Assembly (NCBI GenBank): GCA_038046005.1
Contig: JBBSXB010000003.1
Location: forward strand, 17,328 to 81,327
DNA length: 64,000 nt
Direction of reading: 5' to 3'
From: Nanobdellota archaeon
Lineage (GTDB): Archaea; Nanobdellota; Nanobdellia; Pacearchaeales; GW2011-AR1
Shown here: positions 38,984 through 49,417 of the stretch, piece after piece
Position numbering within the stretch: position 1 is the first letter of the stretch
How the letters are laid out: every line of letters starts with the position of its first letter
Made by a program: the position numbers and the translations under genes
Notes under the pieces: generated by a model
Told to the model about the DNA's origin: nothing
The model's input: the letters and a program-made list of their open reading frames with translations, nothing else
Database searches by the model: none

Positions 38984-41620
38984 TTGAAAATGAATTTTTA
39001 TAAGAGGTACATACATAAAAACGGCAAGAAGCTTGGTCCATATTATTATTCCAACAAAAAAGTTGACGGAAAAGTAATATCAACTTATCTTGGAACAGAA
39101 CCGCCGAGCAAATTTAGGCAATTAAAGCTTCCTAAAAACACGTTGAAGTTTGCGATAATAACTCTCTCTACGATAAGTCTAGTCTTATTGGTCAATCTTA
39201 TTTTTCATTTACAGTTATTCTCAACAGGAAACATTCCATTATCAACAATAGATGAGCAAAAAACTCCAAAAGACATAGTTAGCGGATTAAATAATACAAA
39301 CATAACAAATAGAACTCAGTCTAATCCCATTCAGCCAACAATTAACACTATTCAAAGTCAAGCAGTTATTAATCAGCCGGTAAAATGGTCGAAAGAAATT
39401 CAGCTTGAAAAACCAGGAAAAATTATAGTTCAATTGCCAAAAGAAGCCCAAAATATATTAGTTTACAAAGTAAACTCAGATGGTCAAAAAGAAAAAGTTG
39501 ACGATAAGCAAATATCAATTACAGCAAAAGTCTCATCTGAAATAAACATCGATCAAACACGTGAAAAAAAAGAAAGCCCTATTTTAAAATTCTTTAAAAA
39601 AATAATAAGCTTCATAACAGGAAAAGCAGTTACAATTCAAGACACTAAAGAAATAAAAGAAATCACTATAAATGAAAACGCAAAAGAATACGTAATTGAA
39701 TATGAAACATCTTCTCCTACAATAACAGAGCACGAATCAGCAAATGGTAAGACAATTATGCTCTCTAATGCTGGCAGCGTAAGCTATCAAAACGTTTTAG
39801 TTTTTACAAATATTCCAGAAACTCTGAATGTAAAAAGTCCAGAAAATATAAGGGTGTATTGGAATGAACAAAATAAATTTATCCAGCCTGAAAAAATTGA
39901 AGATAAGAACAGCAACGGAATTTATGACTACATAGAATGGATTGCTCCTTCTTCAGATAACCAAACTTTTGAGATAATTGTAATAACAAAAGCAGAACAT
40001 CTTGACGGCAATAGGCAATTCATCTCAGATATTTACGAACAAGTTAAAGATATTGATGATGTCTGGAGTGAGGAAATCCCTAGCCAAGATTATGTTAGGA
40101 TCACATTTGAAAAAAATCTCACAAACCAAAACGATATTACAATTTTCCCTAGAATTATTAAGGGAAACCCAAGAATAGAAGTTTATGAAGAAAATACAAA
40201 TAATTTAATCGCAGAATTCACAAATTTAACAAATGAAGAATACAATACAATTTATCTAACAAACTTGCAAGGAGAACAGGATGTCTTTGACTTAAAAATT
40301 ATTGGAGGCAGTTTAGAATTTGACCATATGATTGATCCGACAGCACAGCCAGGAGGAGCTCCAAGTTTAATGGCTCAAGTTTGTTCAGCAGAAGACAACG
40401 CAGCACAAGGTTCTTTTGCTGGAACTTGTGATGGAGTTTATCCAAGAGCTTGCGGTACTGGAAATGACCTTGTAAGTTGCAACGACAATATAAGAGAAAC
40501 CCATACTTCAGGCAACACTGCAAATTGGGGAGGAATTAAAATTCAAACCTTCAACAGTTCAGTAACTAACTGCCAATCAATAAGCCAGGTGTTTTTCTGT
40601 TACGAAAGATGGGTTTCTGCAGCAACAATAACGCAGTGTGATATTTCAGTGGACGCAAACGGCGGAGCCTCTTACAGCGTAGTTACCTCAATATGCCCCA
40701 CAACATTAATCAATTCTGGAATTACATGTACTGATGTAACTTCTTTGGAAAGCTGGGCATGTTCAAATTTCTTTGGTGCTTCCGGAACAAGAGCTTTGGC
40801 AAAATCAGAATTCAGGAAGTCTGGGGGCGGAGGAACAAGAACAATGAATTGGGATGTTTTTTACTTCAATATCACATATACGCAAGCAAATCAAGCTCCA
40901 ACAATAGACTCTATAAGTTCTATTCCTTCTTTGCCGCCTATTGAAAATAGTATGAGGCCGGTGACATTCAATGTTTCAGTTTCAGATCCAGATGGGTACA
41001 CAGACATAACAAGTGTTTCCGCACAATTCAGCATGGCGGGAGAACCAACAAGAATAAACTCGTCATGCACATTACAAAACGGAGCAGGGAACAATGCAAA
41101 CTATTCTTGCACTATCAACATGCAGTACTATGACAAAGATGGGAACTGGAATGTAACGATTAACGTGACAGACTCGCAATCACAGCAGGGCACAAACAAC
41201 TCACAAATATTTGTCTACCAACTTCTGAAAGCAATTGTGATAAATTCTCCAACGACTGGATTGACTTGGCCAGGTTTATCCCAAGGCCAGACAAATATTT
41301 TTTCCAACAACGACCCGACAGTAATTGAAAATACTGGAAATTATCAAGGGCCAATTTTAATAACAGCATTTGATCTTTTTGGGCAGACAAATCCAGCCCA
41401 GATAATTTCAGCATCTAACTTCATTGCAGGTCCAGCATCAGGTTTAGAGTGTACTGCAACACAACTCTCCAACAATTTCCAAATTTCAATAGCAGGAAGT
41501 AATTTGCTAAGAGGTCCTGGAGCACAAACACAAATTTATTATTGTTTAAATTCTGTTCCGTTAGTTTCATCTCAAGATTATTCAGCATCAGGAGCAAGCA
41601 GCTGGATTATTGCAGTATAA
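38984..41620 (+). CDS. large N-terminally anchored surface protein (878 aa), Asn/Thr/Ser-rich with Cys-rich central region
   Basis: Single TM near the N-terminus (FAIITLSTISLVLLVNLIF) and many N-x-S/T sequons. The C-terminal ~220 aa is paralogous to the next gene. Confidence 0.6.
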   Translation: MKMNFYKRYIHKNGKKLGPYYYSNKKVDGKVISTYLGTEPPSKFRQLKLPKNTLKFAIITLSTISLVLLVNLIFHLQLFSTGNIPLSTIDEQKTPKDIVSGLNNTNITNRTQSNPIQPTINTIQSQAVINQPVKWSKEIQLEKPGKIIVQLPKEAQNILVYKVNSDGQKEKVDDKQISITAKVSSEINIDQTREKKESPILKFFKKIISFITGKAVTIQDTKEIKEITINENAKEYVIEYETSSPTITEHESANGKTIMLSNAGSVSYQNVLVFTNIPETLNVKSPENIRVYWNEQNKFIQPEKIEDKNSNGIYDYIEWIAPSSDNQTFEIIVITKAEHLDGNRQFISDIYEQVKDIDDVWSEEIPSQDYVRITFEKNLTNQNDITIFPRIIKGNPRIEVYEENTNNLIAEFTNLTNEEYNTIYLTNLQGEQDVFDLKIIGGSLEFDHMIDPTAQPGGAPSLMAQVCSAEDNAAQGSFAGTCDGVYPRACGTGNDLVSCNDNIRETHTSGNTANWGGIKIQTFNSSVTNCQSISQVFFCYERWVSAATITQCDISVDANGGASYSVVTSICPTTLINSGITCTDVTSLESWACSNFFGASGTRALAKSEFRKSGGGGTRTMNWDVFYFNITYTQANQAPTIDSISSIPSLPPIENSMRPVTFNVSVSDPDGYTDITSVSAQFSMAGEPTRINSSCTLQNGAGNNANYSCTINMQYYDKDGNWNVTINVTDSQSQQGTNNSQIFVYQLLKAIVINSPTTGLTWPGLSQGQTNIFSNNDPTVIENTGNYQGPILITAFDLFGQTNPAQIISASNFIAGPASGLECTATQLSNNFQISIAGSNLLRGPGAQTQIYYCLNSVPLVSSQDYSASGASSWIIAV

Positions 41621-41654
41621 AAAACTTTAAAAACAACTAAATCTTTGGCTTATC

Positions 41655-42545
41655 ATGAAGAGTAAAAGAGGTTTGTATTTTGCAATTTTAATATTCAGCG
41701 TTTTAATATTGTCTTCTGTGGTTTCTGCAAGTTTTTGGGACTCGATTCAAAAAGTTTTCACAGGAAAAGCGTCTTCACAATCTCAAAATGTTTCTGTGAC
41801 TGTTGCAGGAGGAAATCCTGTGACAATTGAAGTTCCAACACTTTCTGCTTTTCCAATAGAAGACAATCTAGTTGCTATCGTCTTCACAGCAAATGTTTCT
41901 GATGTTGACGGCATTAATGATATAAATGATTCAAGCGTAGCATCCAAACTTACAAATGGGGCAACAACAAGAAATGGGGTCTGTTCATTAATTGGAAGCA
42001 TAAGCTCTACAGCAAAGAGTTATTCCTGTTCAATTGACTTATGGTATTTTGACTCATCAACTCCTTGGGCATTAAATGTTTCTGCAAAAGATTTTGGTAA
42101 TGGAACTTTAATAAGCAACACTTCAGTTTTCACATACAACCAACTAAAAGCAATGGTCATTTCTCCACTAACTTTAACCTGGCCAACAGTTGTTACAGGA
42201 GCCGTAATTCAGCAGTCAAACAATGACCCAACAATAATAAACAACACTGGAAATTACAACGGAGTTATTTCGGTAACAGCCAGAGATTTGATTGGAGAGA
42301 CCAATCCTCTTGAAATATTGCCTACAAATTCATTCAGGGCAGGCCCAACATTAGGAACAGAATGCACAGCAACCGCGTTGGTTAATGACACTATGGTCTC
42401 AATAACAGGAAGCAACTCAAACCCCGGAAATTTAAGTGCAGGAGGAGGACAGGCAAATCTTTATTATTGCATTCCTTCTGTCCCATTAATATCTTCACAA
42501 GTATATTCAACTACAGCAGGAGGAAGCTGGGCTGTACAATATTAA
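41655..42545 (+). CDS. secreted surface protein (296 aa), paralog of the C-terminal domain of the upstream gene
   Basis: Signal peptide. Alignable blocks YNQLKAMVISP/YQLLKAIVINSP, NNDPT[IV]I[NE]NTGNY, ECTATAL/ECTATQL, YYCIPSVPLISSQ/YYCLNSVPLVSSQ. Confidence 0.6.
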   Translation: MKSKRGLYFAILIFSVLILSSVVSASFWDSIQKVFTGKASSQSQNVSVTVAGGNPVTIEVPTLSAFPIEDNLVAIVFTANVSDVDGINDINDSSVASKLTNGATTRNGVCSLIGSISSTAKSYSCSIDLWYFDSSTPWALNVSAKDFGNGTLISNTSVFTYNQLKAMVISPLTLTWPTVVTGAVIQQSNNDPTIINNTGNYNGVISVTARDLIGETNPLEILPTNSFRAGPTLGTECTATALVNDTMVSITGSNSNPGNLSAGGGQANLYYCIPSVPLISSQVYSTTAGGSWAVQY

Positions 42546-42546
42546 A

Positions 42547-43077
42547 ATGAAAAAAACAATTTTACCCGTGCTAATTGTCCTTTCTCTATTCAGTTTTATT
42601 AGCTCAGCAGGAATCGCCTCTCCTTACTGGGAAAATAATCCCCTAAACATGAATTATGGGGAAACAAAAACAATTGAGCTGAATCTTCAAAACATGGTTG
42701 GAGATGAAGACATTACTGTCAAAGTGATTATCAAACAAGGAGAAGATATAGCAACTCTTGACAAAGATACTTATACTGCTGCAGCAGGAACATCAGATAC
42801 ATTAATTCCTTTGACAATAAAAATTCCTGAAAATTACGGAAAACCATCTCAAACAGTTGAGATAGAGACAAAAACAGTGACGCAAGACCAAGGAGGAATG
42901 GTCACATTAGGGACAGGATGGACAACTAAGTTTGATGTTTTGTTATCAGAAAAATCAGATTCAGCTTCTGGAGGAGAATCTGGCTCTTCAACAGCAAAGA
43001 TAATTGCTTTGGTAATAGCTATTATAGTCTTGATCTTAATAATCTTTTTTGTTATGAAAAGAAAAAGAAAGGCATAA
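42547..43077 (+). CDS. small surface protein with signal peptide and C-terminal TM anchor (176 aa)
   Basis: N-terminal hydrophobic signal; C-terminal AKIIALVIAIIVLILIIFFVMKRKRKA. Confidence 0.5.
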   Translation: MKKTILPVLIVLSLFSFISSAGIASPYWENNPLNMNYGETKTIELNLQNMVGDEDITVKVIIKQGEDIATLDKDTYTAAAGTSDTLIPLTIKIPENYGKPSQTVEIETKTVTQDQGGMVTLGTGWTTKFDVLLSEKSDSASGGESGSSTAKIIALVIAIIVLILIIFFVMKRKRKA

Positions 43078-43125
43078 ATCTTTTTCAACCCCAAAATTTA
43101 TAATCTATTTTATCTATTTTAATTA

Positions 43126-44319
43126 ATGAAAAGGGTTATCTCTATACTGGCAATATTCTTTGTGTCAATTTTAATATCAAATTATGTTAAAGCAGAAATA
43201 ACGGGGGGAGCAGCCTCTCAACCCCAAAATGTTTCCATATTTGTATTGCCTGGTCTGCCCGTAATTAACATATATTCCCCACAAAACATTACCTACACAA
43301 ACACAAGTGTCTTGTTAAACTATTCAATATCAAATAACTTTAGTTCTGCTTGGTATAATATAGACAACTCAGATAATGTAACACTTCCAAACTCATCAAA
43401 TTATTCAATAACACTAGCTTCTTTTTTAGGAAGCCATTTTCTTTATTTATATGCTAACAATAGCCAAGGGCTTAGTTTTTCAAAAATTGATTTTAGTATT
43501 TCAAGCCAGCCTACACAACCGCCAAGTTCTGGAGGCAGTGGAGGAGGTGGAGGTTCCGGCGGAGGCATTTCAGGCATAACTGCATTTGACTTGGAAAAAA
43601 ATTTACTCCAAGTTTCATTAACACAAGGAGAAACCAAAACAGAGAATATTAAAATAAGAAATGTTGGGACTTCAAGAATAACGGTATCTATAGAGACTTT
43701 AGACTTGGAAAATTTTATACTAATTGAAGAAAAAAATTTAACCCTTAACGTAGGGGAAACAAAAGAGTTAGAAGCCCATTTTTTTGCATTATCTAATTTT
43801 CCCCCAGGAGTGTACTTTGGTAAAATAATATTCACTTCTGGAAGTTTTAGGGAATCAGTTGTTTCGGTTGTTGATGTGAAGCAGAAGAACGCTCTTTTTG
43901 ATGTAAACCTCGAAGTTCTTCCCAACTATAAAACAACTTCTCCCGGGAAAAAGATTTCTACTCTTATAGACATGACCAATATTGCATTCAGAGGAACACC
44001 AATTGATGTTGACCTGTCTTTAAGGATAACTGACGTTGACAAAAAAATAGTCTATGAATCTTCAAAAGAGACAATTGCTGTAAGAGACAATTTATCCATA
44101 ACAAGGCAGCTTCAGTTGCCAAAAAATCTTGCGTCAGGAACATACTTTGTTTTGGGGGAAATTTTGTACAATAATGTTTCTGCAAGTTCTTACGATACGA
44201 TTGATGTAAAAAGTGATAAGCTTTCTATCTGGATTATCTTATTGGTTGTTCTGGCTTTTATTATATGGGCATTTTTGATTTGGTGGAAGATTCATAAGAA
44301 CAGGAAGAGAAGAAGATAA
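43126..44319 (+). CDS. surface protein with Gly-rich linker and C-terminal TM anchor (397 aa)
   Basis: Signal peptide, SGGSGGGGGSGGGISG linker, CARDB-like beta domains, C-terminal IWIILLVVLAFIIWAFLIWWKIHKNRKRRR. Confidence 0.55.
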   Translation: MKRVISILAIFFVSILISNYVKAEITGGAASQPQNVSIFVLPGLPVINIYSPQNITYTNTSVLLNYSISNNFSSAWYNIDNSDNVTLPNSSNYSITLASFLGSHFLYLYANNSQGLSFSKIDFSISSQPTQPPSSGGSGGGGGSGGGISGITAFDLEKNLLQVSLTQGETKTENIKIRNVGTSRITVSIETLDLENFILIEEKNLTLNVGETKELEAHFFALSNFPPGVYFGKIIFTSGSFRESVVSVVDVKQKNALFDVNLEVLPNYKTTSPGKKISTLIDMTNIAFRGTPIDVDLSLRITDVDKKIVYESSKETIAVRDNLSITRQLQLPKNLASGTYFVLGEILYNNVSASSYDTIDVKSDKLSIWIILLVVLAFIIWAFLIWWKIHKNRKRRR

Positions 44320-44376
44320 TCCTAAATCCTTTTTCTTCCTTTCATTTGGATTTATACGAATGAATGAAACAAAAAA

Positions 44377-46374
44377 TTATATTTTTTTGTTTCTTAATAA
44401 ATTAGCATTCATCACAACAGTTATACTTGATGCAGCCATTGCTATCTCAGCAATTATAGGATGCAACACTCCCGCAATTGCGGCCGGAATTGCAACAACA
44501 TTATATGCAAAAGCCCAGAATAAATTTTGTTTTATCTTAGAGAATGTGGCTTTTGATAACCTTATTGCAGCTACAACTCCAAGCAAAGAACCTCTTACTA
44601 AAACTAAATCTCCTGCCTCGATTGCAATATCCGACCCAGTTCCAATCGCAATTCCAACATTCGCCTGTTTCAATGCAGGAGCATCATTAATTCCATCTCC
44701 AACAAATGCAACCATTCCGTATCTCTGAAGCTCTTCAACTTTTTTTGCCTTGTCTTCTGGAAGAACATTTGCAATAACTTCTTTAATTCCCACTTGAGAA
44801 GCAATAGCTTTAGCTGTTCGTTCATTGTCCCCAGTAATCATCACAGTTTTGTATCCTTGTCTGCTTAAAAGCGAAATAGCCTTAACAGAATCTTCTTTAA
44901 CAGCATCGGCAACTCCAATAATTCCTAAAACTTTTTTATCCTGTGAAACAATTACGGCTGTATAAGCTTTATTCTCAAATTCCTCAATTTTTCCATTCAA
45001 ACTGTTCAACTTTATTCCTTTTTCTTTCATTAGTGTTGAATTTCCTATAACAATATTTTTGTTTTCTATTTTTCCTTCAACGCCTCTGCCTCTTAAAATC
45101 TTGAAATTTTTAACTCCTTTATATTTTTTCAATCCAGCTTTTGCAACAATTGCCTTTGACAAAGGATGCTCACTTAACTTTTCAAGGCTTCCTGCAATTT
45201 CCATTAAATAATTTTCTTTAACACTAGAATAAATTTCTCTAACTTCTGGCTTGCCTTTTGTTATTGTTCCTGTTTTATCAAAAACAATAATCTTGACTTT
45301 CTTCATTGTTTGTATTGCCTCCCCTTTTCTTATTAAAATTCCTTTTTTTGCACCAATTCCGCTTCCAACAGTCAAGGCAATTGGTACGGCTAATCCTAAG
45401 GCACATGGGCAGGCAATAACCAAAACAGAAATTGCAACTCCAATAGATCTTCCTAGTTCTCCGTTAAAATACCACCATCCCAAAAAAGTTAGGATAGTAA
45501 TGACCAAAATTGTTGGCACGAAAATGCTTGTAATTTTGTCAGCAAGTTTTTGTATTGGGACTTTGGTTCCCTGAGCTTCTTCAACTAATTCAATAATATG
45601 TGCAAGGAAAGTATCTTTTCCAATTTTAGTTACTTTAACATATAAAATTCCATCCTGATTTATAGTTGCTCCAATAACATTGTTCCCCTTTGTTTTATCT
45701 ACTGGAAGGCTTTCCCCAGTTACCATAGATTCATCAACAGCACTCTCTCCTTTAACAACAATCCCATCTGTTGGAATTTTTTCTCCAGGCTTTATTATAA
45801 TTATGTCTCCAATAACAACTTCAGAAATTGGTATCTCCACTTCATTTTTCCCTCTTAAAACTCGAGCGTTTTTTGCTCCAAGCTCTAAAAGTTTTTTTAT
45901 CTCTTGAGTCGCTCTTCCCCTTGCTTTAGCTTCTATATATTTTCCAGTCACAAAAATAGCCATTATCATTGCGGCAACTCCAGAATAGTCATTTATCTTC
46001 ATAAAAAATGTTAAAATTCCTGTTAGATAAGCAATGATTGTTCCCAAAGAGATCAAAGAATCCATATTGAAATAAAAAGTAAACAACCCTCTTAATCCAG
46101 ACTTTAATGTAGAAAACCCGAATATAAACACAACTGGGAATCCAAGAACCAACAAAATTATTATTGAGATTTGTTCATTAATTATAAATATGTCAAAAAA
46201 CCTCATTAGAATCATAAGTATTGCTATTGGGGTCGCAAAAATCCAGCTTCCAACAAGTTTCTTTTTCCAATCTTTAATTTCAGAATCTTCCGCTGGTTTC
46301 GAGTGGTCATGCTCATCCATATTTTTTATTTTATTATGTTCATGATTGTCACTCATATTATGTTGATGTTCCAT
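44377..46374 (-). CDS. copA: heavy-metal (Cu+-type) P1B-type ATPase
   Basis: CPC in TM6 ([15 protein letters not shown]), DKTGT phosphorylation motif, GDGINDAP hinge, His-rich N-terminus ([15 protein letters not shown]...) in place of a fused HMA domain. Confidence 0.9.
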   Translation of the reverse strand: MEHQHNMSDNHEHNKIKNMDEHDHSKPAEDSEIKDWKKKLVGSWIFATPIAILMILMRFFDIFIINEQISIIILLVLGFPVVFIFGFSTLKSGLRGLFTFYFNMDSLISLGTIIAYLTGILTFFMKINDYSGVAAMIMAIFVTGKYIEAKARGRATQEIKKLLELGAKNARVLRGKNEVEIPISEVVIGDIIIIKPGEKIPTDGIVVKGESAVDESMVTGESLPVDKTKGNNVIGATINQDGILYVKVTKIGKDTFLAHIIELVEEAQGTKVPIQKLADKITSIFVPTILVITILTFLGWWYFNGELGRSIGVAISVLVIACPCALGLAVPIALTVGSGIGAKKGILIRKGEAIQTMKKVKIIVFDKTGTITKGKPEVREIYSSVKENYLMEIAGSLEKLSEHPLSKAIVAKAGLKKYKGVKNFKILRGRGVEGKIENKNIVIGNSTLMKEKGIKLNSLNGKIEEFENKAYTAVIVSQDKKVLGIIGVADAVKEDSVKAISLLSRQGYKTVMITGDNERTAKAIASQVGIKEVIANVLPEDKAKKVEELQRYGMVAFVGDGINDAPALKQANVGIAIGTGSDIAIEAGDLVLVRGSLLGVVAAIRLSKATFSKIKQNLFWAFAYNVVAIPAAIAGVLHPIIAEIAMAASSITVVMNANLLRNKKI

Positions 46375-46380
46375 TATAAA

Positions 46381-46593
46381 TTAGTCTATAGAAATAGCTC
46401 TATACCCTGCTCTTGCAACAGCTTTTTTAAGATCTTCCTGATTTGTTCTTTCATCAATCTCAACAAATGCTTTTTTTCCTATAACACTTACATTAACTTC
46501 TTTTACTCCAGGAACTTTTTTCAGGCTTCTCTCAATATTACTGGCACAGCTTGCGCAGTGCATTCCGTCTATATTTATTTTAATTTTTTTCAT
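46381..46593 (-). CDS. copZ: copper chaperone (HMA domain)
   Basis: 70 aa with GMHCASCASNIERSL metal-binding loop; 7 nt upstream of copA. Confidence 0.85.
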   Translation of the reverse strand: MKKIKINIDGMHCASCASNIERSLKKVPGVKEVNVSVIGKKAFVEIDERTNQEDLKKAVARAGYRAISID

Positions 46594-46600
46594 TTTTCCC

Positions 46601-46834
46601 CTATTTTTTTTGTATTTGTTTAATCAGCCAAAATATAAGTAAAATTATTGCTACTGTTATTAAAATCATAAAAAACCAGCCAAATGCATTCATCCCATAT
46701 CCTCCATAAAAACCCCCCATCATGCCGCTATAGCCCTCATAACCCATCATTCCATATCCAAAACCCCCAATTAACAGGAATGCAAATAATGCTACTAATA
46801 CGATTATCAGAGTGTTATCATTTTTATTTTTCAC
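46601..46834 (-). CDS. small two-TM membrane protein with Gly/Tyr/Met-rich loop
   Basis: GFGYGMMGYEGYSGMMGGFYGGYGM between two hydrophobic helices. Met-rich loops are typical of Cu(I)-binding proteins (inference). Confidence 0.45.
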   Translation of the reverse strand: MKNKNDNTLIIVLVALFAFLLIGGFGYGMMGYEGYSGMMGGFYGGYGMNAFGWFFMILITVAIILLIFWLIKQIQKK

Positions 46835-47189
46835 GGTTCATTTCCCTCAATATGTGTATACAATTTTCAGCCATGTGCTTTTCAATAATGTCCATCATGG
46901 GCTTTATAGTCTCTTCGTTTAACTCATAATACCTAAATTTTCCTTCACTTTCAACTTTTACAAAACCACATTTTTTTAATCTTGCTAAATCATGCGAAAC
47001 AGAAGTTTGATCCAAGCCTAACTCTTGCATAATTTCAGAAACATTCTTTTTCTCTTTTCTCAAAAAATTGATTATTTTCAGTCTTGACTCAGAGACAAGA
47101 GTTCCAAAAAATATTTTATACGCTCCATAAATCTCTTCTTCATTATATCCCTGGTGATGCATATGGTGCAGCATGTTTTTGTTTAACAT
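46824..47189 (-). CDS. ArsR/SmtB-family metalloregulator
   Basis: wHTH (SESRLKIINFLRKEKKNVSEIMQELGLDQTSVSHDLARLKKCGFVKVE) plus His-rich N-terminus (MLHHMHHQG); heads the cop genes. Confidence 0.75.
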   Translation of the reverse strand: MLNKNMLHHMHHQGYNEEEIYGAYKIFFGTLVSESRLKIINFLRKEKKNVSEIMQELGLDQTSVSHDLARLKKCGFVKVESEGKFRYYELNEETIKPMMDIIEKHMAENCIHILREMNREK

Positions 47190-47234
47190 ATGACAACAGA
47201 AATCATATGACCTTTTAAATGTTTCTATGTTGCA

Positions 47235-47690
47235 TCATTCATTTTTTTTCAACATCCGTAGACTCACAAGTAAAATTGCGACAACTAAAACCTGTATCTC
47301 AATTCCTTCAAACGGAAGACTGGCAAAGCTGAATGAAACACCAATAGCTCCAAAAATCAAAGGAAATAATCCTGTGATACAGAGAGGGCAAATTCCTACG
47401 ATAAGTCCGCCGACGCTGCCAACTCCTGCAGTTGCTATCCCTTCTCTGCATCTTTTTCTTTCCTTGTGTTTTATGTAAACTAGAACAGAATTAAATGCAA
47501 CCAACAATCCTATTATTACTGTCAAGACTATAGAAACTCCAAGTTTGAACCAATCAATACTATTAGCATATTTGATTATCGCTGGAAGCGTGTTGTAAAA
47601 TCCACTAAGAATAAAATTTAATAAAAGATATAAAATAAATATAAGAAACATCCAATAGACATATGGTTTTTGAAAAACTCTTTTTGTCAT
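47235..47690 (-). CDS. membrane protein with intramembrane CPLC motif
   Basis: 4-TM protein, GICPLCITGLFPLIFG; function unknown, metal or thiol handling inferred from context. Confidence 0.4.
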   Translation of the reverse strand: MTKRVFQKPYVYWMFLIFILYLLLNFILSGFYNTLPAIIKYANSIDWFKLGVSIVLTVIIGLLVAFNSVLVYIKHKERKRCREGIATAGVGSVGGLIVGICPLCITGLFPLIFGAIGVSFSFASLPFEGIEIQVLVVAILLVSLRMLKKNE

Positions 47691-47695
47691 GTTGC

Positions 47696-48085
47696 CTATT
47701 CAACAACCAATGTTCCATAACCCATTCCCATCCCGCAGGCGAATTTATAAGTTCCTGCTTTTGTTGGGGTGAATTCAACATAGTCACTTGGAGATTGAAG
47801 GCTCTTTCTTACGTTAAGACTTGGGATAGTAAAAGTTCTATAACATCCAACAACACTTTTGTCTAAACTTATTCTGACGGGCTCTCCGGCTTTCACATTT
47901 ACAGTGTTAGGATAATAATTATAGTCTTTTATGCTTAAAACTATATTTTGCATCTGACCTTGCTGAGTTATTGGGGGTATAGCAGAATTTCCTGTTGTAC
48001 TGTCTCCTTTATCTTTGCCAAATACAAATATTCCTCCAACAACTAAAACTGCTAGAATAAATATTAAGTAAAAATGTGATTTCAT
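47696..48085 (-). CDS. cupredoxin-like (Cupredoxin_1-type) extracytoplasmic protein
   Basis: TM anchor then VNVKAGEPVRISL...EFTPTKAGTYKFACGMGMGYGTLVV, resembling cupredoxin-like domains. Start placed at MKSHF, giving an ATGA overlap with the upstream gene. Confidence 0.6.
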   Translation of the reverse strand: MKSHFYLIFILAVLVVGGIFVFGKDKGDSTTGNSAIPPITQQGQMQNIVLSIKDYNYYPNTVNVKAGEPVRISLDKSVVGCYRTFTIPSLNVRKSLQSPSDYVEFTPTKAGTYKFACGMGMGYGTLVVE

Positions 48086-48561
48086 AATAATCCTCCACCA
48101 CATCCACATCCTCCACCTGAACCCCCACAACTTGATCCAGCTGCAAGAGGTTGTTCAGCATATGTTGGTTTGCTTCCATCATTTTCCAAGACAGTGAAAG
48201 TTCCTTTGTACATATTCATTGAGCATGCAATATTAAAAGTCCCTGCTTTGTCAGGAGTAAATTCTATTACATTATCATTGCTGTTTAAATTTTTTCTGAT
48301 ATTAGATGATGGTATGACCACTGATTTTGAGCATCCAGGCATTTTTGATATATCTCCCTCAATTCTTACAGGAACACCTTTTTTTACTGCTGACGGGGTT
48401 AAAACATAGCTCCCTCCTTCGACGTACATCTTTATGACTTGAACATTTCCTTGTGCAGGAAGCTTTTGTTCTGTTGCTGAAACACTTTGAGAAAGTATAA
48501 AATAGCCAACTAGAAGAATCATTAAAATGCTCAATACTCCAAATATCATGCTTTTTTTCAT
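48082..48561 (-). CDS. cupredoxin-like protein with C-terminal Cys/Gly-rich tail
   Basis: VIEFTPDKAGTFNIACSMNMYKGTFTV cupredoxin-like core; tail SSCGGSGGGCGCGGGLL. Start placed at MKKSMIF (ATGA overlap upstream). Confidence 0.6.
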   Translation of the reverse strand: MKKSMIFGVLSILMILLVGYFILSQSVSATEQKLPAQGNVQVIKMYVEGGSYVLTPSAVKKGVPVRIEGDISKMPGCSKSVVIPSSNIRKNLNSNDNVIEFTPDKAGTFNIACSMNMYKGTFTVLENDGSKPTYAEQPLAAGSSCGGSGGGCGCGGGLL

Positions 48562-49241
48562 CCGAATAATAAACTCCTTGGCCCAAAGACCATCAGCCAT
48601 GCAGTCGCTATAGTCAAAATAAAACTAATGACCATGGTCGAAAAGTGATCTGCAAAATGTTCTCTGTCTTTTTCCTTTGTCTCTCCGTAAATCATGTAGC
48701 TTAATCCAACTAATATCACTCCGCAGACAGTAAATATTACTATAGAAGCATATTTAAGATTATCGTTTAGCATCATAACTGCAGTCATTGCACCCATTAA
48801 GCCTCCCATAAATCCTGCCATTCCCCCTTCCATGAAACCCATTACCCCACAGCATAATCCATTCCAAATTCCTAATGCCATTCCAACTGCAATTCCAAAG
48901 ATACTTCCCCAGAACATTCCGTTAGTTGCCCCAACAAAAAATCCTGCCAAAAATCCAGCAATCATTCCTATTGTCATCCCAATCATCATTCCGCTCATAC
49001 ATCCAAAATACTTGTAAGCCTGGACCTGTCTGACTGTTGGAAGGATAAGAGCGTAGCTCAAAACCGCGAAAAACAGATAAAACCCATATTTTGGGATAAA
49101 ATTTTCAATGAATCTGAACTTAAGATAATAAATCAAGGCCAGCAAAACAAATGATGTTATCAGAGATATAAAAATAGTCTTGACAATTTCTCCCTCGACT
49201 CTCTTGCCATTTAACTCTTTGATAAATTCTTTTACTGCCAT
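48558..49241 (-). CDS. polytopic membrane protein rich in Met/Gly (GxxxG/Mx2-3M motifs)
   Basis: GCMSGMMIGMTIGMIAGF...GLCCGVMGFMEGGMAGFMGGLMGAM; no known family assigned. Confidence 0.45.
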   Translation of the reverse strand: MAVKEFIKELNGKRVEGEIVKTIFISLITSFVLLALIYYLKFRFIENFIPKYGFYLFFAVLSYALILPTVRQVQAYKYFGCMSGMMIGMTIGMIAGFLAGFFVGATNGMFWGSIFGIAVGMALGIWNGLCCGVMGFMEGGMAGFMGGLMGAMTAVMMLNDNLKYASIVIFTVCGVILVGLSYMIYGETKEKDREHFADHFSTMVISFILTIATAWLMVFGPRSLLFG

Positions 49242-49417
49242 TTTAATATGCTTTTGCTTATCATATGAAAAATAAAAACATAAGTATTTAAAACTTCCGA
49301 AGATTTAAACGGTTAGCTTGATATCTGGTTTTTAATTAAGAAATTAAACCTATCAAAATAAAATATTCTTAAATCCCGCATAAAATACATTTCAACTTGT
49401 TTATCTGACATACTCCC

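Noticed and set aside
43443-43925. 160-aa minus-strand ORF containing PPPEPPPPPLPPE
   Set aside because: It is the antisense translation of the Gly-rich linker (SGGSGGGGGSGG) of the surface protein at 43126..44319; it is not an independent gene.
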